DNA of 41,214 nt from Gammaproteobacteria bacterium (lineage in GTDB: Bacteria; Pseudomonadota; Gammaproteobacteria; Pseudomonadales; JANQJO01): NCBI GenBank assembly GCA_037380725.1, contig JARRRL010000001.1, positions 1 to 41,214 on the forward strand, given 5' to 3'. The notes under the pieces are model-generated. The model saw nothing but the letters and a program-made list of their open reading frames with translations, was not told where the DNA came from and made no database searches. The position numbers and the translations under genes are program-made. Positions 40,131 through 41,214 of this stretch are shown piece by piece (within the stretch, counting starts at the first letter, position 1; each line of letters starts with the position of its first letter).

Positions 40131-41214
40131 TTACCCCAAGGCTTTCACCATTTCATCCATATTGTGCTTCGCATCTCCAAACAACATACGCGTATTTTCT
40201 TTATAAAACAGTGGATTTTCAACGCCCGCATACCCGGTCGCCATCGAACGTTTCAGCACCACACACATCTTGCTTTTCCACACTTCCAGCACCGGCATAC
40301 CGGAAATAGGACTACCCGGATCTTCCAGCGCTGCCGGGTTCACCGTATCGTTGGCACCAATAACCAGTGTGACGTCGATGTTGGGAAAATCGTCATTGAT
40401 TTCTTCCATTTCAAACACCACATCGTAAGGCACCTTGGCCTCAGCCAATAATACGTTCATGTGTCCGGGCATGCGTCCCGCCACCGGATGAATGCCAAAC
40501 AGCACGCTGATTCCTTTACCCATGAGCAGGCGCGTGACCTCCGAAACCGCGCGTTGCGCTTGCGACATCGCCATACCATAGCCTGGGACAATCATGACTT
40601 TTTTTGCTTGCAATAGGCGTTCCGCCACTTCCTCCACTGTGGTGGCAATCACATCCCCAGCGACCCCCTCCCCATCAACTGTACTCGAAGCGGACGCGCT
40701 GGAAGACGCACCAAAGCCACCCAAAATCACCGACACGAAATGTCGATTCATCGCCTCGCACATGATGTAACTGAGAATCGCGCCACTGGAACCCACCAAA
40801 GCGCCCGTCACAATCAACAAATCATTCGACAGCATAAACCCCGTTGCCGCTGCCGCCCAACCGGAATAGCTGTTCAACATCGAAATCACCACCGGCATGT
40901 CCGCCCCGCCAATCGCAATCACCATGTGAATACCGAAAACCATGGCAATCACGGTCATCGCCACTAAACCGCTTATGGCCCAAGCCGTGGATTCAGCGCC
41001 CACAAATTGAATCCCCAGCACGAGTACCAGCAACATCAACACGACATTCAGTCCATGTCGCATGGGCAACAAAAAGGGACGGCTGCTGATTAAGGCGCTC
41101 AACTTACCAAACGCCATCACCGATCCTGTAAATGTCATAGCACCAATAAATACTCCCAGATAAACTTCCAAATCATGGATCGTTTTTTCTGCCGCACTGA
41201 CGGCTACTGCCGGA
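40131..41214 (-). CDS. pntB: NAD(P) transhydrogenase beta subunit (5' part outside the window)
   Basis: [63 protein letters not shown]. The frame stays open to the window edge. Confidence 0.97.
   Translation of the reverse strand, partial: PAVAVSAAEKTIHDLEVYLGVFIGAMTFTGSVMAFGKLSALISSRPFLLPMRHGLNVVLMLLVLVLGIQFVGAESTAWAISGLVAMTVIAMVFGIHMVIAIGGADMPVVISMLNSYSGWAAAATGFMLSNDLLIVTGALVGSSGAILSYIMCEAMNRHFVSVILGGFGASSSASASSTVDGEGVAGDVIATTVEEVAERLLQAKKVMIVPGYGMAMSQAQRAVSEVTRLLMGKGISVLFGIHPVAGRMPGHMNVLLAEAKVPYDVVFEMEEINDDFPNIDVTLVIGANDTVNPAALEDPGSPISGMPVLEVWKSKMCVVLKRSMATGYAGVENPLFYKENTRMLFGDAKHNMDEMVKALG

Overview
Chromosomal window from a Gammaproteobacterium; gene order resembles Pseudomonadales/Oceanospirillales. 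It is mostly housekeeping: mdh, grxD, argD-argF-ABC ATPase, ndh, the complete gltA / sdhCDAB-sucAB-lpdA-sucCD TCA cluster, a thioesterase, a sigma32-type Hsp20, a CRP/FNR regulator, pyrC, a QueD-like protein, xthA, hisI, cysS, a GT4 glycosyltransferase and a partial pntB. No rRNA, tRNA, CRISPR array or mobile element is visible. Five things stand out. (1) A minus-strand three-gene cell-envelope module (27.2-32.6 kb) encodes a Sec-type monoheme CxxCH protein with DUF1588/DUF1585-like motifs, a lipoprotein joining a CxxCH heme domain to a LamG/ConA lectin-like domain, and a Tat-exported DUF1501/DUF1552-like protein. It is flanked by a cNMP-binding CRP regulator and by a large upstream palindrome. 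(2) A PP2C phosphatase is fused through a TM helix to an extracytoplasmic FTP+PepSY (M4 protease propeptide-like) region. (3) A DnaA-box cluster at the left end has the geometry of the E. coli DARS core. (4) Three deletion lesions (argD, ABC ATPase, MFS remnant) lie within about 6 kb. (5) Short degenerate tandem duplications recur at gene boundaries. All family calls come from motif recognition by eye; no searches were run.
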